64,000 nt of DNA. Source: Microcystaceae cyanobacterium (lineage in GTDB: Bacteria; Cyanobacteriota; Cyanobacteriia; Cyanobacteriales; Microcystaceae). The notes under the pieces were generated by a model. The model worked only from the letters and a program-made list of their open reading frames with translations, did not search any database and was not told where the DNA came from. The translations under genes and the position numbers were made by a program. Of the stretch, positions 10,759 through 21,197 are shown piece after piece. Numbering within the stretch: position 1 is the stretch's first letter; each line of letters begins with the position of its first letter. The DNA lies in NCBI GenBank assembly GCA_041746575.1, contig JBGTGT010000073.1, forward strand, positions 15,119 to 79,118, written 5' to 3'.

Positions 10759-11274
10759 TTATGCACCGATAGGTTCTGTATAATTTTGAAGGTTTTCCAA
10801 TTCAAACTGACGTAAAATTTTGGTTGCTTGCTCAATAATGTCCTCGCTTCCCTTTACCACAATAAGATATTTTCCGGCTTTGATATCGTTACGATAAATC
10901 ATTGCATCTTTACTGCTAGTTGTCCAAGCGACAATCCACCCTACCAATAAAGCCCCTAATGCGCCTGCCATCGCTCCAAAAAGTCCCCCAACAAGATGAT
11001 TGACGATATCACTCGCGCCGCTAAGGATGATGATACGAGTCAGCAGATTGAATAAGTAACCTGCCGCAAAACCGAAAGGAACAACCCAATACGCCAATTT
11101 TTGTGCCTGTTCAACTGCCTGTCGTTTAGGATAAATCAGACCGAATTCGTCTGCCCCCTGAAAACCTTGTCCCAGAATCGTAATTTGTTGAACAGGAAAA
11201 TTCGCCTGTAAAAGGGCTGAATAAGCATCTTCTGCTGAAATTCGCTGGGATAAAACCGCAATTAGGTAATTCAT
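10759..11274 (-). CDS. Conserved cyanobacterial membrane protein (general-stress-protein-like)
   Basis: Gly-rich hydrophobic hairpin, GKYLIVVKGSE; 4-nt overlap with the CHAD gene. Confidence 0.6.
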   Translation of the reverse strand: MNYLIAVLSQRISAEDAYSALLQANFPVQQITILGQGFQGADEFGLIYPKRQAVEQAQKLAYWVVPFGFAAGYLFNLLTRIIILSGASDIVNHLVGGLFGAMAGALGALLVGWIVAWTTSSKDAMIYRNDIKAGKYLIVVKGSEDIIEQATKILRQFELENLQNYTEPIGA

Positions 11275-12215
11275 TCTTTTGTTTCCTTTGAATTTAATTT
11301 ATTTTTTCGGTCTGCTTGCCACGTCTGCCGGTAAGCACCCAGTCGCTGAATAAAGGGTTTAGGGGATTCTGCGTAAACTCTGTGGCCGAGGGATTCGGCT
11401 GAAAGTTGTAATTGGGCGCGTTGGACTTGGAGACAATCCAGTAATGCCGCTAAGCTGGGGTGGTCGGTAATCGGCTTGGGTTGGCCCGTTAATAATTGAC
11501 GAAAAACCGCTAAATCGTGATCTTCCCCTAGATAATCTGCTAATTGATGCACTTCTTTGCTAAAAACACCCATTGGATTCGGCCAGATCGGTTTTAAAAT
11601 CCGCAGATGATACCAAAGATACTTCACCCGCTTACGCCATTCGTGTAAATTTTCGCTAGTAGGTTGTGCCATTGCTTGGTTAAACCCTTCGTATCCCCGT
11701 CGATAAACCCGCTTAAGACCGCTTTGAAGCACTGAACCTTTGAGAGCATTGTCCGGCCAATTTCCGACCCGTTCCCGTGCCAATTTGAGGGTGGCAACCA
11801 CGGAAGCAACGATGTTTTCGGTTTCCAGTACCTTTTGTCCCGCAAGATGGGCATAGGTTGCGAGTAAATGCTCAAGTTCTTGCCAAAAATCCGACGAAAT
11901 AGAAGCCGTCGAATGTTCACGCAATAATGCTAACGTATTGAGCATCACTTGGGCATCCCGCACCCCAGAAAGGGAACGACCAGCCTCCCGAAAGCAGGCA
12001 TTTTCTTGTTTGTAGCTTTCTTTACCCAGACCATCCCTCACCATGCGTAAAACAGCTCTTATTTTTTTAAAACACTTCCGCGCTTCATGAATGGCTTCTT
12101 CTGGATTGGATTGAATTTCCACTGCTAATTGATGGATTGCGCTGTTAATTTGTTCGTCTATGATTTGTTTAATACTTTTTGATATACTTTCTTTGGATTG
12201 GAGTCGATAAGACAT
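11271..12215 (-). CDS. CHAD domain (polyphosphate-binding) protein
   Basis: IHEARKCFKKIRAVLR, LHEWRKRVKYLWY, LGEDHDL. Confidence 0.9.
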   Translation of the reverse strand: MSYRLQSKESISKSIKQIIDEQINSAIHQLAVEIQSNPEEAIHEARKCFKKIRAVLRMVRDGLGKESYKQENACFREAGRSLSGVRDAQVMLNTLALLREHSTASISSDFWQELEHLLATYAHLAGQKVLETENIVASVVATLKLARERVGNWPDNALKGSVLQSGLKRVYRRGYEGFNQAMAQPTSENLHEWRKRVKYLWYHLRILKPIWPNPMGVFSKEVHQLADYLGEDHDLAVFRQLLTGQPKPITDHPSLAALLDCLQVQRAQLQLSAESLGHRVYAESPKPFIQRLGAYRQTWQADRKNKLNSKETKE

Positions 12216-12403
12216 AGAACGTCTAATTAATTTCTACTGAATTGAAATGACTAAAGGGTTATTAATGCGTTTGTAAAAGTCTCGAAAAATGGACAACAAG
12301 CTAAAAAATATTGCCTATTCTCAAAATAGCAAAAATTCGTTTAAATCCTTCTCTTTCTCCAGAAATAAAAGAGACAAAATTACATCCGCCTCATGACATA
12401 AAT

Positions 12404-13681
12404 TTAAAGTTGCCAGTAAAATAGTAACCAAAATCGCCCGATTAAGCGATTGCGGAGTTTGCGCTTTTTCCATCGTTTTGGCGTTACTATCTCACTTTTA
12501 CGGAACGCATGAAGGAAAAAGAGTTCAACTTGTTGCCGAAGTTTCTGTTCATTATCCTTACAGCTTAAATTTAATTCATCATTTTGAAAAAAACTACGAG
12601 GGTCAAAATTAGCACTGCCAAAACTGACCCAATGATTATCAATTAAAACCAATTTAGCGTGCATCATACTGGGTTGATATTCATAAATAGGAATTCCCCC
12701 TTTTAATAAAAGATCATAACGCTCATAAGCAGCTTTATGAACATAAGGTTTATCACAGGTTTTTCCCATCGTTAAAATTTTAACCTCTACCCCTCTTTGT
12801 TGAGCATCGATTAACAGTTGAATCGTATTAGGATTGGGCAAAAAATAGGGACTTGCTAACCAAAACCGTTCGGTTGCCCCCAAAATTAAAGTCTGAAATA
12901 AAGCGCGGATTGACGAATTTTGATAGCTGGGATTTTCATTAGCAGTGACTAAAATTTCGGTATTGTGGTGAGGAGTTTGCTGGAGAAAAACAGGCTTTAA
13001 ATCGGCTTCACCCCCTGCATCTAGCCAGTGTTGCCAAAAAACGCCCTTGAGCCGCCAAATTATATCTCCTTCAATTCCTATCTCATAATCCAACCAAGGT
13101 TCACCCCTACACTCCTTGTCTGTACCATCCCAAAGGTCTGATATGCCTGCACCCCCAATTAATGCGATTTTTTCGTCAATAATCAGCAATTTTCGATGAT
13201 TGCGCCGTAAGTTTTTGAGAGGATTACGCCAATCAAAGGGATTATACTGACGAACTTCAATTCCTGCTTGTTTAAGTTGTTGCCAATAAGAAGAAGGCAT
13301 GGATTTTGCGCCGTGACTGTCTGCTAAAAGAGCAATTTTTACCCCTTCTTGGGCTTTTTTTGTTAAAATTTCAGCAAATTCGTCAGCACGATGGCCGGGG
13401 GTCATAATATAGGTTTCAAACTGAATGAGGTGTTTCGCTTGTCTAATCGCATTCAATCGAGCCTGATAAATCGCCGCTGACTCTACCCAAAAATTCGTAA
13501 TTTCGCCTCGTGTTATCCAAGAATCGGAGAGAGTAGCGACAGTAATACCAAAATGATTAAAATCTGAACGGGGAAACTGTCGAAAACGATAGGTTTGGAA
13601 AGGTTGAAAAAATCCTTTCAGATAAAGCGTCGTCACCCCAATAATGATGACAATAGCGAGAGCGAGTATTCCCCAATTCAT
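12404..13681 (-). CDS. Cardiolipin-synthase-like phospholipase D
   Basis: Two HKD motifs (NHRKLLIID, MHAKLVLID), ASPYF, GSANFD. Confidence 0.88.
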   Translation of the reverse strand: MNWGILALAIVIIIGVTTLYLKGFFQPFQTYRFRQFPRSDFNHFGITVATLSDSWITRGEITNFWVESAAIYQARLNAIRQAKHLIQFETYIMTPGHRADEFAEILTKKAQEGVKIALLADSHGAKSMPSSYWQQLKQAGIEVRQYNPFDWRNPLKNLRRNHRKLLIIDEKIALIGGAGISDLWDGTDKECRGEPWLDYEIGIEGDIIWRLKGVFWQHWLDAGGEADLKPVFLQQTPHHNTEILVTANENPSYQNSSIRALFQTLILGATERFWLASPYFLPNPNTIQLLIDAQQRGVEVKILTMGKTCDKPYVHKAAYERYDLLLKGGIPIYEYQPSMMHAKLVLIDNHWVSFGSANFDPRSFFQNDELNLSCKDNEQKLRQQVELFFLHAFRKSEIVTPKRWKKRKLRNRLIGRFWLLFYWQL

Positions 13682-14217
13682 AAATTTAATCCTATGGGTT
13701 GAGTAATTGACCTAAATGCAACATTACAGCAATTTGTGACTTTTGAAGGGTTAAGACAGGGAGCAGGTGTTAGGTGTACCCTTGCCATTGGCAGAAGACA
13801 GAATCGTTTCTAAGATGCCGTTTGCAGGATTAAACAAATCTCATTCTGATTCATTGTCTCTGTTTAGGGATCAATCCTTTTTTCAATTCTTAAAAGATAT
13901 ATCAAAAGGGCTATCTTTCAAACGCTGAATCTTGCGCTTGAGAGATGAAAAGAATTAGGGTGATTTGCCAGGGTAATTCATATTCTAAAATTCTTCCCCT
14001 TTAACGGAGTAAAAAATTCTTTTTGGCATTTATATTAACGAAGCCGCCTTAACTTTTTTGAGTTATTTTTGGCAAGTGTTATGGGCTTTTATCCTTGGTT
14101 ATATCATTTTTTTAGGGGCTTCTACCAATTTAGTCAGGGTTGAGCATTCTCATTAAGGAAACTGAGAGCAACCCATCGTCGTCATTGTTAAATGATCTTT
14201 TTCTATGATCCTCAATC

Positions 14218-15408
14218 ATGATAAGAACTATACGCCGTTATGCTTATTCTTTTGGGATTTTAGGCTGTATTTTAGGGTTGAGCATAATTATCCCTTCTTT
14301 TAATAACCCGGTTGCTCAAACATCAATTTTACAACCTGTTTCTTTGATTCCTGCCCATAATAATCTGGGCGTAGATGAACAACTCTGGAAAAGGGAAGAT
14401 AATATCGGCGATCGCTGGATAATGATTAAAGGAATTGATTATAGCTTAAGATATCTTAATACACCGAGTGCCATCAAAGCCTATCGTCATTATCCCGTGT
14501 CGGGTATCACCAGAGAACGGGTTCAGCGATCGCTGTTACGGTTTCGTCATCTTTTAAAAACAACCCATACCCCCCAAGAATTACAAACAGCCATTCAACA
14601 AGAATTTATCCTCTATCGGTCTATTGGCAACGATAATCAAGGAACTGTGCATTTTACGGGCTATTTTGAACCTGTTTATCCAGCAAGTCCCGTTAAAACG
14701 GCTGAATTTCCTTATCCTTTATATCGCAAACCAGCCAATTTTGAGCGTTGGTCGAAACCGCACCCCAGCCGAAAAGTCCTAGAAGGGGAAAATGGACAAT
14801 TAAGCGGCAATAGTCCGCTTTCAGGCTCTGAATTAGTGTGGATGCGTGACCGTTTAGATGCTTACTTAGTCCAAGTTCAAGGATCAGCAAAATTAAACCT
14901 CACCAATGGCAAAACCATGACGATTGGTTATGATGGCAGTACCGATTACCCTTATGTGAGTTTGGGCAAGGAATTGATTAAAGATGGGGTCTTTCAGGAA
15001 AATGAGTTGAGTTTACCCGTTTTAATTGCTTATTTCAAGCAAAATCCTGCTGAATTAGACAAATATATACCCAGAAATAACCGTTTCATTTTCTTTCGTG
15101 CCACAAACGGCGCACCCGCCACAGGGAGTATTGGTATTCCCGTCACGGCTGAACGTTCCATTGCTACTGACAAATCCATTATGCCACCGGGAGCTTTAGC
15201 CCTCATTCAAACCTCAATCCCTTATCAGAAGAACGGACAAATAGAAATCCGAAAAGTCAGTCGTTATGTTTTAGATCAAGATACCGGAAGTGCGATTAAA
15301 GGAGCAGGAAGAGTGGATATTTTTATGGGAACGGGCAAAGAAGCCGGTGATCGCGCTGGTTTAATTAGTCATACGGGTCAACTCTACTATTTATTATTAA
15401 AAGAATAA
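14218..15408 (+). CDS. mltA: Membrane-bound lytic murein transglycosylase A
   Basis: FTGYFEP, VQVQGSA, DQDTGSAIKGAGRVDIF (3D domain). Confidence 0.92.
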   Translation: MIRTIRRYAYSFGILGCILGLSIIIPSFNNPVAQTSILQPVSLIPAHNNLGVDEQLWKREDNIGDRWIMIKGIDYSLRYLNTPSAIKAYRHYPVSGITRERVQRSLLRFRHLLKTTHTPQELQTAIQQEFILYRSIGNDNQGTVHFTGYFEPVYPASPVKTAEFPYPLYRKPANFERWSKPHPSRKVLEGENGQLSGNSPLSGSELVWMRDRLDAYLVQVQGSAKLNLTNGKTMTIGYDGSTDYPYVSLGKELIKDGVFQENELSLPVLIAYFKQNPAELDKYIPRNNRFIFFRATNGAPATGSIGIPVTAERSIATDKSIMPPGALALIQTSIPYQKNGQIEIRKVSRYVLDQDTGSAIKGAGRVDIFMGTGKEAGDRAGLISHTGQLYYLLLKE

Positions 15409-15478
15409 ATGGCTAAAAGTCAACCTTCCGCTATAATGTTGGGCAATTAACGCTTAACTTTCTTATTGATTAATAACT

Positions 15479-16477
15479 GTGTCTGATCATCAATCCACGA
15501 TTCTGGTAACAGGTGGAGCTGGCTATATCGGTTCTCATACGGTTCAAGCCCTCCAAAAAAGCGGTTATTCTGTCATTATTCTCGACAATTTAGTTTATGG
15601 TCACCAAGATATCGTTGAAAATGTCCTAAATGTTCCCTTAATCGTGGGAGATATTAATGATCGTCCCTTACTGGATGAAATTTTTGCTACCTATTCGATT
15701 GCGGCAGTGATGCACTTTTCGGCCTATATTTTTGTCGGTGAATCCGTCACTGATCCGATTAAATATTACCGCAATAATGTGGTGAGTACCTTGACCCTTT
15801 TAGAGGCAATGGTTGCCGCCTCGATTCCTCACTTTGTCTTTTCCTCCACTTGTGCCACCTATGGTTTACCGCAATGGATTCCTTTAACTGAAGATCATCC
15901 TCAACAGCCCATTAATCCCTACGGTTGGACAAAATTGATGGTAGAACAGATTTTAAAAGACTTTGGTCGAGCTTATGGCTTAAAATCCGTTATTTTCCGT
16001 TATTTTAATGCTTCTGGTGCGTCACCTGACGGATTATTGGGGGAAGATCACAATCCAGAAACCCACTTAATTCCTCTTGTCTTACAAACTGCATTGGCTA
16101 AACGAGACGCTATTGCCATTTACGGTACGGATTATGATACCCCCGACGGAACGTGTATTCGTGACTATATCCATGTAGTGGATTTAGCTCAAGCCCATAT
16201 TTTAGGCTTAGAATACCTGCTCAAAGGAGGAGATAGTAATGATTTTAATTTGGGCAACGGTAATGGCTTTTCGGTCAAAGAAGTGATTGAAATGGCGAAA
16301 ATTGTCACAGGGCAAGATATTCCCGTTAAAATCAGCGATCGCCGTGCTGGAGATCCGCCTTCTTTAGTAGGAAGTAGCGAAAAAGCCCGAAAAATCCTCG
16401 GTTGGCAACCCCAATATGCAGATATTAAGGATACAATATCCCATGCGTGGCAATGGCATCAAAAACGGCATGGTTGA
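15479..16477 (+). CDS. galE: UDP-glucose 4-epimerase
   Basis: TGGAGYIGSH, FSSTCATYG, YGWTK, RDYIHVVDL. Confidence 0.95.
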   Translation: MSDHQSTILVTGGAGYIGSHTVQALQKSGYSVIILDNLVYGHQDIVENVLNVPLIVGDINDRPLLDEIFATYSIAAVMHFSAYIFVGESVTDPIKYYRNNVVSTLTLLEAMVAASIPHFVFSSTCATYGLPQWIPLTEDHPQQPINPYGWTKLMVEQILKDFGRAYGLKSVIFRYFNASGASPDGLLGEDHNPETHLIPLVLQTALAKRDAIAIYGTDYDTPDGTCIRDYIHVVDLAQAHILGLEYLLKGGDSNDFNLGNGNGFSVKEVIEMAKIVTGQDIPVKISDRRAGDPPSLVGSSEKARKILGWQPQYADIKDTISHAWQWHQKRHG

Positions 16478-16557
16478 GGTCAGTTCTCAGAGACGAGGGA
16501 TGAGGGTAAACAGAAATTCGTTCTTAGAAACCGAGAATCTAACACTCTAAAGAGAGA

Positions 16558-17337
16558 TTAAGCCGCCGCCACCGCTTCCCGTCCATGAGAGCGAAGTAAC
16601 TCCATCAATTCATCTCGATAATCGTGGAAAATAGTGTGACGCTTCACCTGATGACTTCTTTCGGGTAAAGTCACCTTGATTTCCTTGCGAACTGTACCCG
16701 GACGCGCCCCAAGGGCATAGATACGATTCGAGAGAAAAACAGCCTCTTCGACATCATGAGTAATCATGAAAATGGTAATATTCGTTCTTTGCCATAAATC
16801 CAGCATAAACTCATGAATAGACTCTTTTGTGTGGATATCTAAGGCACCAAAAGGTTCATCCATGAGTAACACTTTGGGTTCAGAGGTTAAGGCGCGCGCA
16901 ATCGCAACTCGCTGTTTCATCCCTCCTGAGAGTTCCTTCGGTAAAGATTTAGCAAAATTAGACAATCCAACCACACTCAAATAATGACTCGCTTTTTCTT
17001 TGCATTCTCTTGACGAAAGTCCCTGTAATTTTAGCCCAAATTCTGTATTTTCTTGGACATTCATCCAAGGATAAAGAGTATAATGTTGAAACACCATCCC
17101 TCGGTCAGGACCGGGTCCAAGCACGGGTTTATCGTCAATTTTCACCTCTCCTGATGTAGGAGAATCCAGTCCGGCAATTTGTCTTAAGAGAGTCGATTTT
17201 CCTGAACCGGATGCGCCAACTGCACAGATAAATTCCCCTCGTTCAATAATCATATTAATGTCTTTCAAGACGACGAGTTTGCCATTTTTGGTGTCGAAAT
17301 GTTTGTGTAAGCTGTTGATTTGTAAGTACATGGTCAT
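16558..17337 (-). CDS. ABC importer ATP-binding subunit (TauB/SsuB-like; probable guanidine importer)
   Basis: Walker A GASGSGKS, LSGGMKQR, LLMDEPF; last gene of the gdmH operon. Confidence 0.88.
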   Translation of the reverse strand: MTMYLQINSLHKHFDTKNGKLVVLKDINMIIERGEFICAVGASGSGKSTLLRQIAGLDSPTSGEVKIDDKPVLGPGPDRGMVFQHYTLYPWMNVQENTEFGLKLQGLSSRECKEKASHYLSVVGLSNFAKSLPKELSGGMKQRVAIARALTSEPKVLLMDEPFGALDIHTKESIHEFMLDLWQRTNITIFMITHDVEEAVFLSNRIYALGARPGTVRKEIKVTLPERSHQVKRHTIFHDYRDELMELLRSHGREAVAAA

Positions 17338-17410
17338 TGCTCCTTTTTTGAGTGTTAGATTTTTTAGATATTGGAGAAAAGCATTAAGTCAGTAATCACG
17401 ATTAACTAAC

Positions 17411-18256
17411 TTACCGTTTTTGACTGGCCCATTTACAAGTGATACGGAGTAAATATTGGAAAAAGAGGTCAAAAGATAGACCAATAACGCCAATAACGAT
17501 TAAACCAACGAAAATCTCATCAGTTCTTAAGAATCGTCCAGCTACACTAATACGACGACCTAACCCTTCATTAGCCGCAATCAACTCGGAGACAATGACT
17601 AATTGCCAAGCGGCGGCGAGATTAATGCGACAAGCGTCAATAATACCGGGTAAAACGTAGGGTAAAATCACCTTTGTCAAAGTTTGCCAGCGATTTCCCC
17701 CTAAAATGTAGGTTGATTCGATTAAATCCTTGGGGACAAATTTAACCGTGTCCATCACCATCAAAGAATTAAAGAAAAATACCCCAATGAAAATTAGCAT
17801 AATTTTCGGTTCTTCCCCAATTCCCAAATAAAGAATCAGTAAGGGAATAAAAGCAGGGGCAGGCATATACCGCATCAGACCGAATAGGGGTTCTAATAAA
17901 GCTCGAATACTAGCAAAACTGCCCATCATGATGCCAACAGGAATCGAAAGCAATACTGCAAAGATAAAGCCAACCCCCACCCGCCATAAACTGGCAACTG
18001 TATCTTTTAATAATTCACGGGTACTCCATAACTGTCCAAACGCTTCTAATACCCGACTGGGAGACGGTAAAAATTTGGGATCAATATTGCCAAAAGTAGT
18101 GACCAACCACCACAATAAGAGGGGAGCGGCGATAGAAGTAATGGTTAAACCAATATAAAGCGGACGGGGGATATCCTCGGCTAAACGCCAAAAAACAGTT
18201 GGTTTTAACTTAGTTGATAGATTAGTTCGTTTAAAAGGGTCTGCGCTTTGTGTCAT
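17411..18256 (-). CDS. ABC importer permease (probable guanidine importer)
   Basis: TauC/SsuC-type permease with EAA-like loop; operon context. Confidence 0.88.
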   Translation of the reverse strand: MTQSADPFKRTNLSTKLKPTVFWRLAEDIPRPLYIGLTITSIAAPLLLWWLVTTFGNIDPKFLPSPSRVLEAFGQLWSTRELLKDTVASLWRVGVGFIFAVLLSIPVGIMMGSFASIRALLEPLFGLMRYMPAPAFIPLLILYLGIGEEPKIMLIFIGVFFFNSLMVMDTVKFVPKDLIESTYILGGNRWQTLTKVILPYVLPGIIDACRINLAAAWQLVIVSELIAANEGLGRRISVAGRFLRTDEIFVGLIVIGVIGLSFDLFFQYLLRITCKWASQKR

Positions 18257-18324
18257 GATGTTTAATGTACGAAATAAAAGACACAGACAGATTGCAAGAA
18301 AAATTCACCCGATTGTGCTTAAGT

Positions 18325-19371
18325 TTATGACGATTTTATCTTTTCAGCGTAAGCTTTGACAAAACGGTCATCAAAGAGTTGACTCGTATCTGGGACTTGA
18401 GGCGTTAACCCCACCGCCACTAGAAATTGCCCTAATTGTTGAGCAGAATAAACCAGAGAAGTTAAATCATTCCCCGGTTCAAAGGCTTTTAGGTTTTCTT
18501 CGAGGGTAAAGAGGCGTGTTCCTTCGGCGTATCCTTGATACTCTTTCTCTGTTACCCCTGCACGTTTTGCCATAATTTTATATCCTTTATCTTGATTGGC
18601 TTTCAGATAATCGAGGGTGGTAAACCAAGAATCAACCACCGCCTGCACTTTTTCGGGGTTTTGCTCAATATATTGACGAGTAAAGACCAAATGGTCAGAA
18701 ATTGCCCCCGGAAAATTTTTAGAGCTAAACAACTCTTTGCTGTTGGGACGTTTTAAGGCTTGGGTAGTAAAAGGAGCAAACACTGCTACTGCATCGATTT
18801 GACCGGCTACGAAGGCTGAAGCCGCTTTACCTGTCTCTAGTGGCACAAATTGAATATCCTTAGCCGATAATCCTGCTTTTTCTAAGCCTAAGAGAAGCAA
18901 AAAATGGTCAACCGTGCCTTCTTCGGCGGCCACTTTTTTGCCTTTCAAGTCAGCAACAGAATTAATCCCCTCTCGTACAATTACCTTATCATTGCCCGTC
19001 GAGTTATCATTAACCAGTACAACAACTTGATCGGCTCCTCCCGAAAGAGAACTGACCGTATCTCCCAAGGTTTGACTATTCGCATCAATTTGTCCGGCAG
19101 TTAAGGTGCTAATGGACTCTAGATAACCATCAAACCACTTTAAATCAACAGGGACTTGATTTTGCTCAAAAATTCTCTCTTCGGCGGCAACTTGCCAAGG
19201 AAACCAGCCTGGCCATGCACTAAAGCCTAATTTTACCGCTCCTGCAACCGATGAAGTCGAATCCGTGTCATTCGTGGTTTTAATATAGACGGCAGGATTA
19301 GTACATCCCACTACTAGGGTGAGGCTAATTACAAAGAGAATCAATGAGGGAATAAGTGATTTTTGTTTCAT
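18325..19371 (-). CDS. ABC importer substrate-binding lipoprotein (probable guanidine-binding)
   Basis: Lipobox VVGC, GFSAWPGWFPW, NDNSTGND; lies downstream of the guanidine-I riboswitch and gdmH. Confidence 0.85.
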   Translation of the reverse strand: MKQKSLIPSLILFVISLTLVVGCTNPAVYIKTTNDTDSTSSVAGAVKLGFSAWPGWFPWQVAAEERIFEQNQVPVDLKWFDGYLESISTLTAGQIDANSQTLGDTVSSLSGGADQVVVLVNDNSTGNDKVIVREGINSVADLKGKKVAAEEGTVDHFLLLLGLEKAGLSAKDIQFVPLETGKAASAFVAGQIDAVAVFAPFTTQALKRPNSKELFSSKNFPGAISDHLVFTRQYIEQNPEKVQAVVDSWFTTLDYLKANQDKGYKIMAKRAGVTEKEYQGYAEGTRLFTLEENLKAFEPGNDLTSLVYSAQQLGQFLVAVGLTPQVPDTSQLFDDRFVKAYAEKIKSS

Positions 19372-19411
19372 AAGATTAACAAATGACGATTAATTGATAA
19401 CTGATAACTGT

Positions 19412-20074
19412 TTACTGAGAACTTACCCACTCGAACCATAAATTCAATCCCTCACCTGTTTTGGCAGAAACGGGAACAATAGTCACATTAGGGTTCATTT
19501 GACGGACATTATCTTTAATTTTTTCAATGTCAACCTCTAAATAAGGGGCAAGGTCAATTTTAGTAATTAACAGACAATCTGCTTCTTGAAACATAATGGG
19601 ATATTTAAGGGGTTTATCTTCCCCTTCTGTAATACTTAATAAAGCAACTTTGGCGTGTTCACCCACTTCAAATTCAGCAGGACAAACTAAATTTCCCACA
19701 TTTTCAACAAATACTAAATCAAAATCTTTAGGGTTATATTGATGGGCAAGTTGATGAATTCCTCCTGCCACCATCTTAGAATCCAAGTGACAGGAACGAC
19801 CTGTATTAATAGCAATAACAGGAACGCCATATTGACGCAATCGTTCGGCATCTAATTCGGTAGTCATATCTCCTTCAATGACGGCAATTTTAAAGTTTTT
19901 GCTTAGGGTTTCAAGACTTTTTTCTAATAAAACTGTTTTCCCTGCCCCCGGACTACTCATAATATTAAAACAAGTGATTCCCCATTGATCAAAATGTTCT
20001 CGATTGTGGTTTGCGCCATCTTGGTTTGCATGGAGAAGATTCATTTCTAAGGCTACGTCAAAAGTTTGGTGCAT
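19412..20074 (-). CDS. hypB: HypB-family Ni-loading GTPase (accessory factor for guanidine hydrolase, GhaB-like)
   Basis: [33 protein letters not shown]. Confidence 0.92.
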   Translation of the reverse strand: MHQTFDVALEMNLLHANQDGANHNREHFDQWGITCFNIMSSPGAGKTVLLEKSLETLSKNFKIAVIEGDMTTELDAERLRQYGVPVIAINTGRSCHLDSKMVAGGIHQLAHQYNPKDFDLVFVENVGNLVCPAEFEVGEHAKVALLSITEGEDKPLKYPIMFQEADCLLITKIDLAPYLEVDIEKIKDNVRQMNPNVTIVPVSAKTGEGLNLWFEWVSSQ

Positions 20075-20113
20075 AATTTTAGTTAATCGTTAATCGTTGA
20101 TAATTATTAAGAT

Positions 20114-20473
20114 TCAAATCTCACACCTTGAATACTCAATGCGGTCAATTTTCAACTCTCGTCCTGAACGAATCTCTTCCATCGGAGAATCACAATTAGG
20201 ACAAGCATAGCGAAGACCGAGTTCGGGCTTGTATTCTTTGTTACAAACATGGCAGAAGGCAACTAGCGGTGTTTCTTGAATAATTAATTTTACTCCTTCT
20301 AAAAAAGTATTTTGAGTTTGGACTTCAAAGGCAAATTGTAAACTAGCCGGTTCGACACAGGTAAATTGACCGACAATTAAATGAATTTTGTCGATTTGAT
20401 AAGGTTCTAGTTGAGATTCATACCAATCTTTTACCGTGATTAAAAGGGCTTTGGTCATATCAGTTTCGTGCAT
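20114..20473 (-). CDS. hypA: HypA-family Ni metallochaperone (GhaA-like)
   Basis: Starts MHE (ATG 20473), CHVC and CPNC zinc knuckles, GRELKIDRIE. Confidence 0.92.
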   Translation of the reverse strand: MHETDMTKALLITVKDWYESQLEPYQIDKIHLIVGQFTCVEPASLQFAFEVQTQNTFLEGVKLIIQETPLVAFCHVCNKEYKPELGLRYACPNCDSPMEEIRSGRELKIDRIEYSRCEI

Positions 20474-20528
20474 AATCTTGAAGATTAGTTCATAGATTGA
20501 GAATAATAAAAATAGCGAAAAATCAGCC

Positions 20529-21137
20529 TCACATTTTATCGGTAATTTTAATATATCTGGGTTGAGCCTCAACTCGTTTAAACCAAGCTTGAATCGCTGG
20601 AAAATTTATTAAATCAAATCCTCCTTCCTCGGCAACATGAGTATAAGCATAGAGTCCAATATCAGCAATTGTATAAGTTTTGCCGACAAAGAAATCTTGT
20701 TTTTTGAGATGATTTTCCATAACATTAAGGGCAGCATACCCTAAACTTTGCTTTTGCTTTAAAGCGTCTTGATAATCTTTCGGTTTACCTAAAAATTTTA
20801 TCCAAAAACGAGGCGTAGCAATATTCGGTTCATGACTATATTGTTCAAAAAATAGCCACTGCATGACCTGTGCTTGTTCAAAAGATTCAAGGGGATAATA
20901 TTGACTGCCTTGACTAAGATAGAACAAAATAGCATTAGATTCAGCCAAATATTGACCTAAAGAAATTTCCAAAACAGGAATACGTCCGTTGGGGTTTTTG
21001 GTCAAAAATTCGGGTGTTCGGCTTTCTTTTTCAAGAATATTGACCTCAATTCGAGTAAAAGGAATTTGTTGCTGAGTTAACAATAACCTTACTTTATACC
21101 CGTTGCCAGAAGGAAGAAAATCGTACAGTCGATACAT
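20529..21137 (-). CDS. Glutathione S-transferase family protein
   Basis: PSGNGYKVRL, NPNGRIPVL, LAESNAIL, TIADIGLY. Confidence 0.92.
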   Translation of the reverse strand: MYRLYDFLPSGNGYKVRLLLTQQQIPFTRIEVNILEKESRTPEFLTKNPNGRIPVLEISLGQYLAESNAILFYLSQGSQYYPLESFEQAQVMQWLFFEQYSHEPNIATPRFWIKFLGKPKDYQDALKQKQSLGYAALNVMENHLKKQDFFVGKTYTIADIGLYAYTHVAEEGGFDLINFPAIQAWFKRVEAQPRYIKITDKM

Positions 21138-21197
21138 GCGCAGGTACTCAAAATTTATGACACAATTGAGACAGAAAACGGGAATCTCCCCCCTAAT

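Noticed and set aside
19412..20473. hypA/hypB as hydrogenase maturation genes
   Set aside because: No hydrogenase genes nearby; the context indicates Ni loading of guanidine hydrolase
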